From positions 202,368,001 to 202,432,000 of the forward strand of contig OZ024741.1 in NCBI GenBank assembly GCA_964016885.1: 64,000 bases of DNA, written 5' to 3'. Of the stretch, positions 1 to 12,059 are shown piece after piece. The DNA comes from Eledone cirrhosa. Lineage: Eukaryota. The position numbers were made by a program, and so were the translations under genes. Every line of letters begins with the position of its first letter. Positions within the stretch are counted from its first letter, which is position 1. Below the pieces are notes generated by a model. That model worked only from the letters and a program-made list of their open reading frames with translations, did no database searches and was not told the DNA's origin.

Positions 1-1565
1 AGAAGAAGGGGCAGCATAGCAAGATAAGAGATTGAATCTCAACAGACTAGCATCTTATAACGAACTTAATAGAACAGGAGATATGAAATAAAATAAATAA
101 ATCGCCATTCTTTGAAGACTTCTGACAGACCTATTTTTCTCTTTATTTCTTTTTTACCTCTTCTTTTCTACTCCTGTTGCAACAATCTGTCAGCCTTCCT
201 CAACCTCCATTTTGTCCCCATCATCACCAATAGATGGTGGGGTACTCTTAGGAGGAGCAATTTCAGCATTTTTCATCTCTGAAACTAAGTATACTGTAGT
301 TTTCTCTACTATTTTAGGATTATGAAGAACATCATCATCATTTGTTTCAGGAATTGAAGAGGAAGTAGATTTTCCCATCCTCTTCAGAAATGGAATTGGT
401 GGTATAACTGATGGTGTAACAAGTACAGTAGCCCCAGAAAACCCTCAAGTTGTTTTTGCTGCCTCCAGTATAACAACTTAGCTTTCTGCCTTGTGGTGCT
501 CAAGTCCACTCATGAGTACTGATCTCCTGACCACATCTCATTTATCATTACTTTAGTACTGATTATATGTCCATATTGTTTAACAGAGATAATTATGACC
601 CATGGGTCAATGCCATTAGTTATTCCTCTAACTCTTATCTTTGTATTGTGTCTCTCCATATACTGGGATACAAGTTTGTCTTTTCACTTCCTCCTTGCTT
701 TTGAAGGTTAGGCAGATGGTGCCATAGGCTTTGCCCTTTTCTATACTTAAAATTTTAATCCAAGCATCAAATAGTTCTTCTTTAAATTCATTTTTTTTTT
801 GAGAGACAAAAATAAATCAGTTTTCTCCATGCTCGATTTTGGATATTTGGACAATGGGATACAATTCTTTTGAATACTGTGTAACTACTGATCTGCTTCA
901 GTCTTTAGTTATGTTATATATAAACATTCAATATCGGATGCTATGTTGGTGAATGATGTTTGTGTCTGTGTGTTAGTGTTAAAGTGTATGGGTATTGTTG
1001 TTGTTGCTATTGCTGTTATTTATGTTATAAACATCATTTTGGGAATAAGATTGTGGCTATTATTATCTATGTTTTCAAGTGTTTGTTTCAATTTTTTTTT
1101 TTTTACCTTTTTTCAAACATTGTTCAGCTTTTTGTAAATTTATTTCAGTATTCTTATCATATATCGCTGTGTTTTGTTTTGAATCAGTGTCTGTTATGCT
1201 ACTTCTATTGCTCATACTTTCTTGCTACACCTCATGTAAACATGTCCAGGATTTTACTGTAAAAATTAACATGAAATGTCTGAAAAATAAACTTTATACT
1301 TATTCCAGATATTGGGATGGATGTCCTGATGTTATTAAGCCCACTTCGAACTCTAGGCACTTTGCTATATCTTGGCCAACTTCTAGAAATAATTGTCTCA
1401 TTTAACAAAAACCCTGCCAATTAACTCTTAAAATCCTGTTATGATTTAGTAGAAGGTATCTAAAAGCAGGGTCTATATGTATATATTTACTGCACCCCGT
1501 TACATACACACACACACACATTAAGCTTCAACGTACTATAGATAACAGTTGATAACTATAGATAA

Positions 1566-1745
1566 TAATTGTTTCTACTTTTGGCACAAGGCCAGCAATT
1601 ACCCAGTACATTACTGGTACTTTATTTTATCGACCCCGTAAGGATGAAAGGCAAAATGAACCTCGGCGGGATTTGAACTCAGATCGTAAAGGGACGTAAC
1701 TATGCTGGAAAGCATGTCCGACCCTCTACCGATACTGCCAATTCA
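1566..1745 (-). mobile_element. tRNA-derived SINE with a Nin/Deu-like central domain
   Basis: - strand gagttcaaatccc B-box followed by gcctttcatccttacggggtcgataaaataaagtaccag; multiple copies in the window. Confidence 0.7.
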
Positions 1746-1911
1746 TAACTATATATAACAGTTGATAACTATAGATAACAATTAAAATGTTTATAGTATC
1801 TTTACTAATAATAGATCATTGTGAAAATTTACAGTAAATTAAAGTAAACTCTTAAATTTATAATGTGATTCAATCATGGTGCAGTTTTGTACTTTTCAAG
1901 AATGTCTTGTT

Positions 1912-2106
1912 AATAATTGTTTCTACTTTTGGCACAAGGCCAGCAATTATCCCAGTGCAATACTGGTGCATTATTTTATCAACCCCGTAAGGACGAAAGG
2001 CAAAGTTAACCTCGGCGGGATTTGAACTTAGACCGTAAAGGGTCATAACTCCATGTTGCAAAGCATAACTTCCGACCCTCTACTGATACTGCCAATCCAC
2101 CGCCCT
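1912..2106 (-). mobile_element. tRNA-derived SINE, same family
   Basis: Same head, B-box and central domain. Confidence 0.7.
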
Positions 2107-2441
2107 TGTCGTGTTAATAATGTGGTTTCCTGCAATACTGGGTGTTAAAACTTAAATAAAACATTAAGGAGATTTAAATCTTCAGTTTTGGTTACTTGTC
2201 TGTGTTAAAGAAATTTAAATTCCTTGTCTTCCTGCAATCACATGCAATATTTGTTACACCCACTTTTTATCTTCTTGATGAACTGAACATGGTCATTCAT
2301 TAAAAGCCCATGTTTTTATAAGATTTCCATTAGTGTTCTTTGTGATTTTGACTCTAATTTCAAATTAATTAAACGTTTTTACTCTAATTTTGACTCTAAT
2401 TTTAAATTAATTAAACGTTTTTATTTTTTTTATTCTTTCAG

Positions 2442-2569
2442 CAATCGAGTATTTACAAGGCTTTCTCATAAATATGACTTTACTTGATGGTGCATGTAAG
2501 CTAGAAAATACTAATATTGTTCGAGCATATATATACACAAATAGAAGTCAAATTGAGGAATACAAAAAT
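2442..2569 (+). CDS. IL-17 receptor-like gene, first visible internal exon (ectodomain; IEYLQGFLINMTLLDGACK...EEYKN)
   Basis: Polypyrimidine tract + AG at 2440-2441, GTATGT donor at 2570. Open frame; its phase-0 end joins the next exon. Upstream exons lie outside the window or were not recognised. Confidence 0.75.
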
Positions 2570-2636
2570 GTATGTATACTTTATAAACTTATTTATTTAT
2601 TTATATGCTAAAGAAATAATGTTTCAACAAGTTTAA

Positions 2637-2854
2637 CCCTTTAGCATTTAAACCGGCTGTATCCGGCTAGAATTCTCTCACCTCTTTCTGTTCAAACTGG
2701 CCATAACCAGCCACTCATACTGATGTTAAGACATTGTTCTCAAAATAAATAACATCAAAATCTCGATTCGATATTATGTGAGATAATTATGTAAGATAAA
2801 ACTTTTACCACAAAAATACAATAGTATATGTAGAGTAATGTAAATGCTAAAGGG
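2637..2854. mobile_element. piggyBac-type MITE
   Basis: TTAA flanks; TIR ccctttagcattta/taaatgctaaaggg. Confidence 0.8.
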
Positions 2855-3456
2855 TTAATGATCCTTTTATTATAATCATATAGCAATTAATAATTGTCTC
2901 TTCAAAGGCCTTTACACTCTATTATGCAAGGGCCTATAACTAGTTTCTGTTGTATAGCGGGCAAGAGACAATTTTTACCCTAGATAAGATGCCAGTTTAT
3001 ACCCAGTAACTATTTCCAACACCCTTAAATGTTACAGCAGATACTACAACTCCTTAAACAAGTGAATTATATGACCTTGTAGTACATATTTAACAGTTAG
3101 ATGGATTTGGTCATTGAGAGTCCAGTGTATTGGCCTTGGCCATACATAGCACAGTATTGATAAGATACAGACTTCAAATGATTATTAAGGAATGTGTCAT
3201 TTTTGTTCATATAAGCTTGTGGAAGCAAAACTTGTGTACTGTATTCACAAATAAGGTATTGGTTTATAGTAAGAGAACTGAATTTGAAAACCTATATTGT
3301 AGCTGTTTGCAAGGATCTTCACTACAAGGAATTAGTTATAAAGTTTCTTCTCAATACACAAAAAGTTAATTATATATAAATAAGCAAAATTCTATTTTAA
3401 ACTTGCCAATATCCAACTCAGATACCAATAATTTTTGTTTTCCCTTTTTATTTTAG

Positions 3457-3583
3457 GAACCCTTTAGCTTAAAACTAGCACGTATCTGTCCAAGAATTTG
3501 GAAATTAGATCTATATTCATTACCCACAACTAATTGTAGCAATAATACGCAGCATCAAATACTGGTCTTGCGGCACAAGAGTG
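3457..3583 (+). CDS. IL-17 receptor-like gene exon (EPFSLKLARICPRIWKLDLYSLPTTNC...RHKS)
   Basis: ttttag acceptor, GTAAGT donor, phase 0 to 1. YSLP resembles the end of the first FNIII-like domain of IL-17 receptors. Confidence 0.8.
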
Positions 3584-4217
3584 GTAAGTAAACATCACCA
3601 TATTGAATAATTTTGGTTATTTTCATAAGATATAGACATCAAATTATTATATGTAAAATAAATCAATGTATATTTTGCAACTATATTCACATTTAACATT
3701 TCATTATTTATTAATCAAATATATTTTGTTTGACCTGACAATACACTGCACTTAGTCGTGGAGCTTTTGATATTAAAACAGTGATGTAGGTTTGAGTTTA
3801 ATCTCAAGCTGCTATTTTTTTTTTTCTATAGCAAAGAAAAAAACTAGCTTATATAAAGGATGAATTATTTTTCTTATATTATAAGAAAAAGAGTGGTTAT
3901 TGAGCTTTTGATAACTGCAACTATAATGGAGTATTTTCACATATTTGGGACAATGAGGCTGCTACACACACATACATCTTAGTCTAAAATAAGGACTTCT
4001 GATTGATAAAAATTCACTCATCAATACACTAGAGCCATTAGCTCACTGACATGAAGTTTATTCTCTCTGTCTCTCTTCTAACCCTACTATAATGGCCTAT
4101 ACTCCTCTATAATACAATGCTTTTCTATTTACCTCACCTTCATTTGTCCTTCTTACATTGATTTATTCCTCCAATCCCACACTAGATAGGTTTTCATGAG
4201 CACTCATATAAGGGCTT

Positions 4218-6830
4218 ATCATCATCATCATCACCATTTGATGTCCATTTTTCTATGCTAGCATGGGTTAGAGGAGTTGTCTCATGAGTCAAATGAAGCC
4301 ATATGACTGTGTCTTGCTCATCCAGGTAACAGAAAGAGTCGACTATTTCTATAGCACCGTCTGGGCATTTGAAGGAGCTAGTATCCTGTGGGCACTCGCT
4401 ACATTACTATACCTGAACATCGGCCGCATAAAAGCCTACGTTCTTTGCTAGCCAGCCTGTGATCCCACTACATCTTTTATGCACCCATAGCTTGCATTTG
4501 GGACATAGGATGGAATTTCTACTTACTCCTTTCTTTCACACAGTGCAAGGCCATTTTCCAGAGGGAATATGGACTCTGTTTTCCTTTCTACATACTAGGA
4601 CTTTGGTCTTTGCCAGGTTGACTTTAAGACTTTTTGATTCTAGGCCATACTTCCAGGTTTGGAATTTCTTCCCTAATTCTGTCATTGATTTAGCTATGAG
4701 AGTTAGATCGTCTGCATACAGACGTTGCCAGGGGCAGCCAGTCTTAAACTCTTCTGTTATAGAGTAATAAGAAATAGAAGTCTAAGGATGGAGCCCTGAT
4801 AGACACCTACCTGCATGCTAAATTCTTCGCTATAGTCATTGTTAATTCTAACCTTGCTGACTGTTCCTCTATACATAGCTTGTACAGCCTTCACAAGCTA
4901 ATCATCTACTCCTAGTTCCCAAAGAGCCCACCAGATGATAGTACGAGGGTCTCTGCAGTTGCTTCACAAGGAAGAGGGCATCTGTTGTAGTTTTACCCAG
5001 CACAAATCCAAACTGTATTTCATCAAGGTTAATTCAGTCCCTAGTCAGCTGTGTGATGACTCTTTTTGTGACCTTCATGACCTGGTCAACCAACTTAATG
5101 TCTCTATAGTTTTCTTTGTCTAGAGTATCACCTTTTCCCTTATAGCAGTTGACGATGATGCTGTTATGTCAGTCATTGGATATGACACCATTTTGTATTA
5201 CTTAGTTTACTATACGAGTGACCTTAGTATGTCCCACCATCCCAGACATTTTCAGCATCTCAGCAACTATCCCTGAGGGTCCATCTGCCTTGCCTGTCTT
5301 CATTTCTTTGCTTTATTTACTATACTACTGCTAACTAGCACAGCTGGTCCTTCTGTTGAGTCAGCTTGGAGCAAACTATCTACATCCCATTCATTTTCCT
5401 TGTTTAGTAGTCTTTCATAGTAGTACTTCCATGCTGCTTTCTTTTCAGCATTAGTGGGGGCAAACACACCATTATCATCATGGACACACTTCTCCCCAAC
5501 AATATCACAATTTTCCTCGACACATTGTCTTGCAATCCTGAACACCTCATGCCTGCCTATGGTTTTCACGTATCATAACATGCTTACATATTTTTTATCT
5601 TCTGCTTCCCTTCTTGCAAGGTAGACTTGTTGCCTAGCTTCTCTCCTAGCCACCTGGTAGTGTTCTCTACTTCCTCCTTCCCACCATTCTTTCTGTGCCC
5701 GCCTTTTGGCTTTAATTGTCTCCGCCATCCTACTGTTCCACCACCAAGTCACTCTCCTTCTCCCTAGAGGCCTGCTCCAGCCAGAGATTTCATTTGTTGC
5801 CTTCAGTAGGTTATCTTTCAGGAATTCCCGCTGCTCCTGTATATTATATGTCTCTATTTGCTCTTCTTTACTGTTGACAGCATCGAGTAACATGTCGCTA
5901 AATTTGTTTCTGGCTGTGGGGTCTTTCAACTTCCACATTCTTCTCTTCAAGTTTGTCTAGTTGTGACTATAAGGTCGCTAACTTTTAGGTTATGTTGGGA
6001 GGTGCATTCTTCACCAGGAAGGGACTTTTTTTTTACAACAGTCACTCTGTCTCATCTCTTCTGGTAAGGATAAAATCTATCTGGTTGGTGTGCTCTCCTG
6101 ATTTATAGCTGATCAAGTGATTATCTCATTTTTTGAAGTTTGTGTTACAGATAGTTAGGTCATTAGCATCGCAGAATTCCAGGATCCTATAACCTACCTC
6201 GTTTCTAGTACCAAACCCATAACCTCCATAGATTCCTCGCAGTGTTGTCCAACAAGCCCATCAAAGTCACCAGCAATGATTATGTAATCACTGTCATTTA
6301 TTTGGGAAGTTGTGTGCATTAACGACTCATAGAACCTGTCTTTTATAACGTCTGGTAGACCAGACTGGGGTGCATAAACAGATATAATTGTCACAGTTGT
6401 TTTATTTAGAACTAGTCTGATTTTAAGGATTCTGTCATTCACTCTATTTACATCAATTACCTTATTCTACCATTTTTCTGCTAGCAAAATTCCTACTCCA
6501 CCCAGTCCATTGTCATTTCCTACCCAGAAAAATTTGTAGCATTGTTTTTTGCTCACAATGAATCTAGCTGACCCTCCCCTCCATCTAGTCTCTTGTACAC
6601 AAGAAATATCAACTTTCTTTCATTCAAGCCTCTCTACAATCTCACTTGATCATCCTTTCATTGTGCCTACATTCAAGGTAGCAACTCTGAAGTTATGGAG
6701 TTCAGTGGGAGAGAGCGAGAAAGCCCGGAATGAAGGTTCGGAGACAGACACAATTTTACATTACTTGGACTTTGACAGAACAGTCGTAGAATCTGGTGAA
6801 TGAGAGGTTGGGGTATTTGTATGTATTTAT
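4218..6830 (-). mobile_element. Decayed near-full-length RTE LINE
   Basis: Frameshifted APE/RT fragments (ORFs 6194-6442, 5573-5950, 5300-5569), internal deletions, (GAT)n tail at about 4218-4235. Confidence 0.9.
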
Positions 6831-7017
6831 ATATATGCCCACATGGTGAGTGTATATTCAGAAGAAGTGGAGGCAGCGAAGGGGAAAGTAAAAGAGAAGA
6901 TCAAGGGTAATGAGGCAGAAAGATTTTGCTTGAGAGTAAGCAGGTCATCATAGTAATGTTAGAGAAAGTTTAAGTAAAGAGGGGTTGATTTGAAGAAAGA
7001 AATAGGAAGGTAATTAA

Positions 7018-7225
7018 CCCTTTAGCATTCACATTACTCTATATTTACTATTGCATTTTCACAGAAAAGGCTTTACCTCACATAATATTGAATCTATGAG
7101 ATTTTGATATTATTTATTTTGAGAACAACACCTTAACGTCAGTGTGAGCAGCCAATTATGACCAGTTTGAACTGAAAGAGGTGAGAAAATTCTGGCCGGA
7201 TATTGCTGGTTTTAATGCTAAAGGG
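7018..7225. mobile_element. piggyBac-type MITE, same family, opposite orientation
   Basis: TTAA flanks, same TIRs, internal similarity to 2637-2854. Confidence 0.8.
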
Positions 7226-7279
7226 TTAATTCGTTAATTAAATATACATGAACAACAATGTGTAACTGAACTAAGAGAG

Positions 7280-8010
7280 AAATTATGTATAAGTGGAATC
7301 AGATGCAGTATGCTAGAGAGGAGATTGCGTTAGTATGGTTATGTGATGCGTATAAAGGATGATGAGTGATCAAAGTTTTTGGAAGCTATGGAGTGGGGAG
7401 ACCCAGGAAGACTTGGGATGAGGTGATAAAAGCTGACCTTGTGCAACTGAACCTTTCAAAGACAATGACACAGGATCAAGATCATTGCCATTATGCAGTA
7501 ATACAGAAGACACGCCTTTCCATGCGCACAGATTCAAACATACACCTAGTAGGCACCTTCTAACCCCTATACCCCCCCCACACACACACACACTACCCAC
7601 TCCTGCTCACACCACCCTTACACTATGAACAAAACATATCCTACCCACACTAGTAAAGTGGTCGTGTGGGTGTCACGACAAAAAGCACCCAGCCCACACT
7701 GTAAAGTGGTCATGTAGGTGTCACAACAAAAAGCACCAGCCTACACTGTATAAAGTGGTCGTGTACGTGCCACAACAAAAAGTACCCAGCCCACACTGAA
7801 AAATAGTCGTGTAGGTGTCATGACAAAAAACACCCAGTACCCACTGTAAATGTGGTTGGCATTAGGAAGGGTATCCAACCATAGAAACCAAGTCAAAATT
7901 GGTTCTGTGTGAGCTAGACATGGTCATCTGATCTCAAGTTGCCTCAAATAGTACAACCTGTCTAACCCATGCTAGCATGGAAATGGACGTTAAATAGTGA
8001 TGATGATGAC
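7280..8010 (+). mobile_element. RTE LINE 3' fragment with tandemly repeated 3' UTR unit
   Basis: GRPRKTW remnant, several ~40-bp ccacactgtaaagtggtcgtgtagg repeats, (GAT)n tail running into (TA)n. Confidence 0.85.
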
Positions 8011-8035
8011 ATATATATATATATATATATATATA

Positions 8036-8540
8036 TCATCATCATCACCGTTTTACGTCCGTTCTTCCACGCTAGCATGGGTTAGACGAGTTGTCCTGTT
8101 GTGGGCAGTGTCCAGTCGGCTGACCTTGTCTTGCTCACACTGGAACTGATTCTGGCATGATTTCTACAGCTGGATGCCCTTCCTAACATCAACCTCATTT
8201 ACAGTGAGTGCTGGGTGCCTTTTTTTCCGTGGCGCCTACACGTCCACTTTACAGTGTGGGCTGGATGCTTTTTTGCCGTGGCACCTCCACAACCACTCTG
8301 CAGTGGGAGGGGGTGGGAGCATATTGTCTGTATGCTTCAGCTTTGGCTTGTACCCATGGGAAGTCGGGTCTTCTGTATTACTGCGTGACGCCAGAGATCA
8401 CGGTCGTGTGTCATCACCTTTGAGAGGTGCAATTGGGTAAGGTCGGCTTTTATCACCTCATCCCAGGTCTTCTTGGGTCTCCCCACTCTGCAGCTTCCAT
8501 CGATTTCTAGTGCTCTGCACCTTTTTATGCAGCTGTCATA
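8036..8540 (-). mobile_element. RTE LINE 3' fragment, tail-to-tail with the previous copy across a (TA)n tract
   Basis: (CAT)n tail at 8036; DSCIKRCR...GRPKKTWDE on the - strand. Confidence 0.85.
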
Positions 8541-8571
<31 letters not shown>

Positions 8572-8589
8572 GTAAGTACAGTAGCTAAA

Positions 8590-9385
8590 GTCTGCTCTGA
8601 AAGTACAGTAGCTAGAGTCAGAACGGGATGGAAAAAGTTCAGAGAGCTTATACCACTATTGGCCGCTAAAGGGTTCTCTCTAAAAATGAAAGGCAGGCTG
8701 TATGATGCCTGCATACGAACAGCAATGTTATATGGCAGTGAGACTTGGGCATTGTGTGTAGAGGATATACGCAGACTGGAAAGGAATGAAGCTTGCATGC
8801 TCCGCTGGATGTGTAATAGTAATATACGTGAACGGCAAAGCATAAACAAACTAAGGGAGAACTTAGGAATAAGAGGGATCAGATGATGTTTACTCGAGAG
8901 AAGACTACATTGGTACGGTCACGTGATGCGCATGAAAGACGATAGCTGTATAAAAAAGTGCAGGGCGATAAAAATAGACGGTAGCCACGGAATAGGCAGA
9001 CCCAGAAAAACCTGGGACGACTTGATAAATTCCGACCTCACTCACTTACACCTCTCCAAGACAATGTCACTGGACTGAGATCTTTGGCGCTACACAGTAA
9101 TAGAGAAGACCCGCCTTGCCTAAGTACAAAGCGAAACCTACAGTCAGTAGGTACCTCTAACACACAAAAAAACACACAGTCCACGCTGTAATGTGGCCAT
9201 GTAGGCAACACGGTAAAAACCTCCCAGTTCCACACTGTAAATGTGGTTGGTGTTAGGAAGGGCATCCAGCCGTAGAAAACCCACCAGACAATCCTATACG
9301 AGCAAGACAACCAATCTTGCCTCAAGTGGGAAAATTCCCGTCCAAACCCATGCAAGCGTGGAAGATGGACGTTAAACGATGATGA

Positions 9386-9388
<3 letters not shown>
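8590..9388 (+). mobile_element. RTE LINE subfamily A 3' fragment
   Basis: Closely similar to 27745-28670; bounded by (TA)n on both sides. Confidence 0.9.
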
Positions 9389-9460
<72 letters not shown>

Positions 9461-9462
<2 letters not shown>

Positions 9463-10581
9463 GGGTGTGGACGATATTTGTTCGCAAAATTACTGTCTAG
9501 GAAAAAATAACACAGTAGTTTTATTTTTTAAGATATATTTATCAAACTTGGGTCAGTTTGTCTTTATGACTTGTTCTTTCGATCTCACTCGATAAACCCG
9601 CCATTAGCTTTGATGACGACCTCAAGGCGGCCTCGGAACCAGCTACAGTCCTTCGTCACTGTGCCCCGACTTAGGCCCCTAAAAGCACTTGTGATCTTGG
9701 CCTTCAGATCGTCTTTCATATTGCAGCTAGATCTGTTGGTGTCTCATCCCACTGCGTCCCACACAAAGAAGTTGAGGGGGTTGCAGTCAGGCGAGCTGGG
9801 AGGCCAGATGTCAGGTGAAATGTGGTCGACGAAGTTCTCTGACAGCCAGGCTTGGGTCTTTCGGCTGGTATGGCAGGGCGCTGAGTCTTGCTGCCACACG
9901 TACGACCTACCTGCAGCTACCTGGTCGATCCAGGGCTTTACTACCTCGTTCAGAATGCGGATGTAGCCATCGGTGTTCAGCTTGAGGCCCTCAAGAAAGT
10001 AGTAAGGTGGCATGACGTCACCTTGACTGCTGACGACACCTAAGACCAATGTTGTCGCTGGAAACTTTGTCTGCATGACTTTGGGCATGTCTTTGGATGA
10101 GACAGCGAGCCACCTGTTGTTCTGGGAGTTCACCTTCTGGTCTTGGCAGGAGTTTTTCTCGTCGGAGAAAAACCACAGCATGTCTGGCTCCAGTGGGTGT
10201 TTCAACTTGTTGATCAGCTTCTTTACGTGCTTCAGTCGCTTTTCTTGCATCACCTTTGACAGAAATTGTCCTTTCCTCCTCTCGTATGGCACGCATCCAC
10301 TTGCTAGGTTCATTGTTGATGATATCCTGAACTTCAGCGACGAACTGCTGACGCTGAGAAAGTCTGAAATTTCCTTATTTGTCCTCCTGGCGTAGATTCC
10401 AAGAAGAACTCCGTGTCTCTTCCACAAATTTGGAGGTTCAAAATTATTCATAATCAATTATTCTGAAAATAAATAATGGAAATATAGTCACTGTTTTTAT
10501 GAAGACAAGAGTAACAACGGAAGTAAAAAAAGTTTGCATAAAATTAGCAGTTGAAAATTGCGAACAAATATCGTCCACACC

Positions 10582-10584
<3 letters not shown>
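9461..10584 (-). mobile_element. Tc1/mariner superfamily DD37D (maT-type) DNA transposon, defective
   Basis: Perfect 27-bp TIRs (cagggtgtggacgatatttgttcgcaa) with TA flanks. ORF 9744-10457 has FSDEK, QQDSAPCH and WPPSSPDCNPLN, with 37 residues between the 2nd D and the 3rd catalytic position (here N). N-terminal region shortened and C-terminus prematurely stopped. Confidence 0.92.
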
Positions 10585-10629
<45 letters not shown>

Positions 10630-10755
10630 GTAGGAGGTGAGTTTTATTGTAGTACAATAAAGCAATGCAGATATCGGATAAGAAGCACTCTACAGTTTGT
10701 GGGACTGGAGTATGCATAATATAAGATCAAAAGATGGTTAAAGGAGTTCAATATA

Positions 10756-10822
10756 TTTTATTATGCGCATTTCAAAAACAAACATCATCAAACAATAATA
10801 TTTGTGTTTTCATCAGATAAAA
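10756..10822 (-). ncRNA. Type I hammerhead ribozyme, PLE pLTR copy 1
   Basis: UUUUAU-CUGAUGA-stem II-GAAA-UGCGCA-UA-AUAAAA: intact core, stem I and palindromic stem III. Confidence 0.85.
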
Positions 10823-12059
10823 CAGGAGAACATGATATGAAGGCTAAAAAAACACTTGTTGATAGTGCAGTTTTAAATCAACATATGAAAAGTGGTTTTA
10901 GATTGATGTGTGATATTGGGAAAAATATATTATTTAGAGAGGGGGGGAGAGAAAAGGATGAAAAGGGAAGGAGATGAGAGGGAGAGATGGGTGATAGAGA
11001 GAAAGAGATAGTTTTTATAACAGAGAGGAGATATATTTTATATAGAGGGGTTGAAAACCGTTGGAAGATACTGTATAAATTAAAAATTTTGAAAATTAAC
11101 GAAGGGAGGATATGTGCGAGGAAAAAATATATTATATTTAGGGAGGGGTGGGGGTGGAAAGGATGAAAAAAAGGGGAGAGTGAAGGTGGAAAGGGATAGA
11201 TGGGTGATAGAGAGAAAGAGATAGTTTTTATAACTGAGAAAAAGATATAATGTTTTAATATAGAGAGGTTGGGAACCGTTGGAAGATAATGTATAAATTA
11301 AAGGAATTTGAAAATTAACGAAGGGAAATTATGTATGGAGATAGAGAGAAAAAAATAACGAAGGGAGATTATGTATGGAGATAGAGAGAAAAAAATAATT
11401 GTGGGTGAATATTCAAAAGGAGAAATGTAGGAATCTTAAAATTAGCAAAGAGAAAATGTTTATGTATAGGTTTTGAGAAAAATAATGTGAAGTTAAAGTT
11501 TTTATATTGAATTCATATGTATTAATAATGAGTTCGTTGATGGGGAGAAAAAAATAATAATAATAAATTAAGGATGAAATTGAGATTAAAAAGATTTATG
11601 ATAGAGAGAAAAAATAATAATGATTGCGGATGAATACTCAAAATGTCAAAAACAAATGTTATTGTTTTACGAAGAGATATAATGAGGGTGATGAGTAAAC
11701 GGGTATTATAGAGTGTATAATGCCCTTTAAAGTAAGGTAGATGGGTATATTTTAAAGAATATATGAGTATATATTAAAAAAAATATATATATATAATAAT
11801 AAATTAAGGATGAAATTGAGATTAAAAAGATTTATGATAGAGGGAAAAAAAAAAAAAAAATAATAATGATTGCGGATGAATATTCAAAATGTCAAAAACA
11901 AATGTTATTGTTTTACGAGAAGATAGGATGAGGTAAATGAATAAACGAGTACTATAGAGTGTATAATGCCCTTTAAAGTAAGGTAGATGGGTATATTTTA
12001 AAGAGGTGTATGTATATGTGCCTTTGAGAAAAGATTCTAAATTGATAAAGAATTGAATA

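Noticed and set aside
943-1420. Short ORFs as host exons
   Set aside because: Low-complexity, no recognisable motif and no convincing phase-compatible splice sites.
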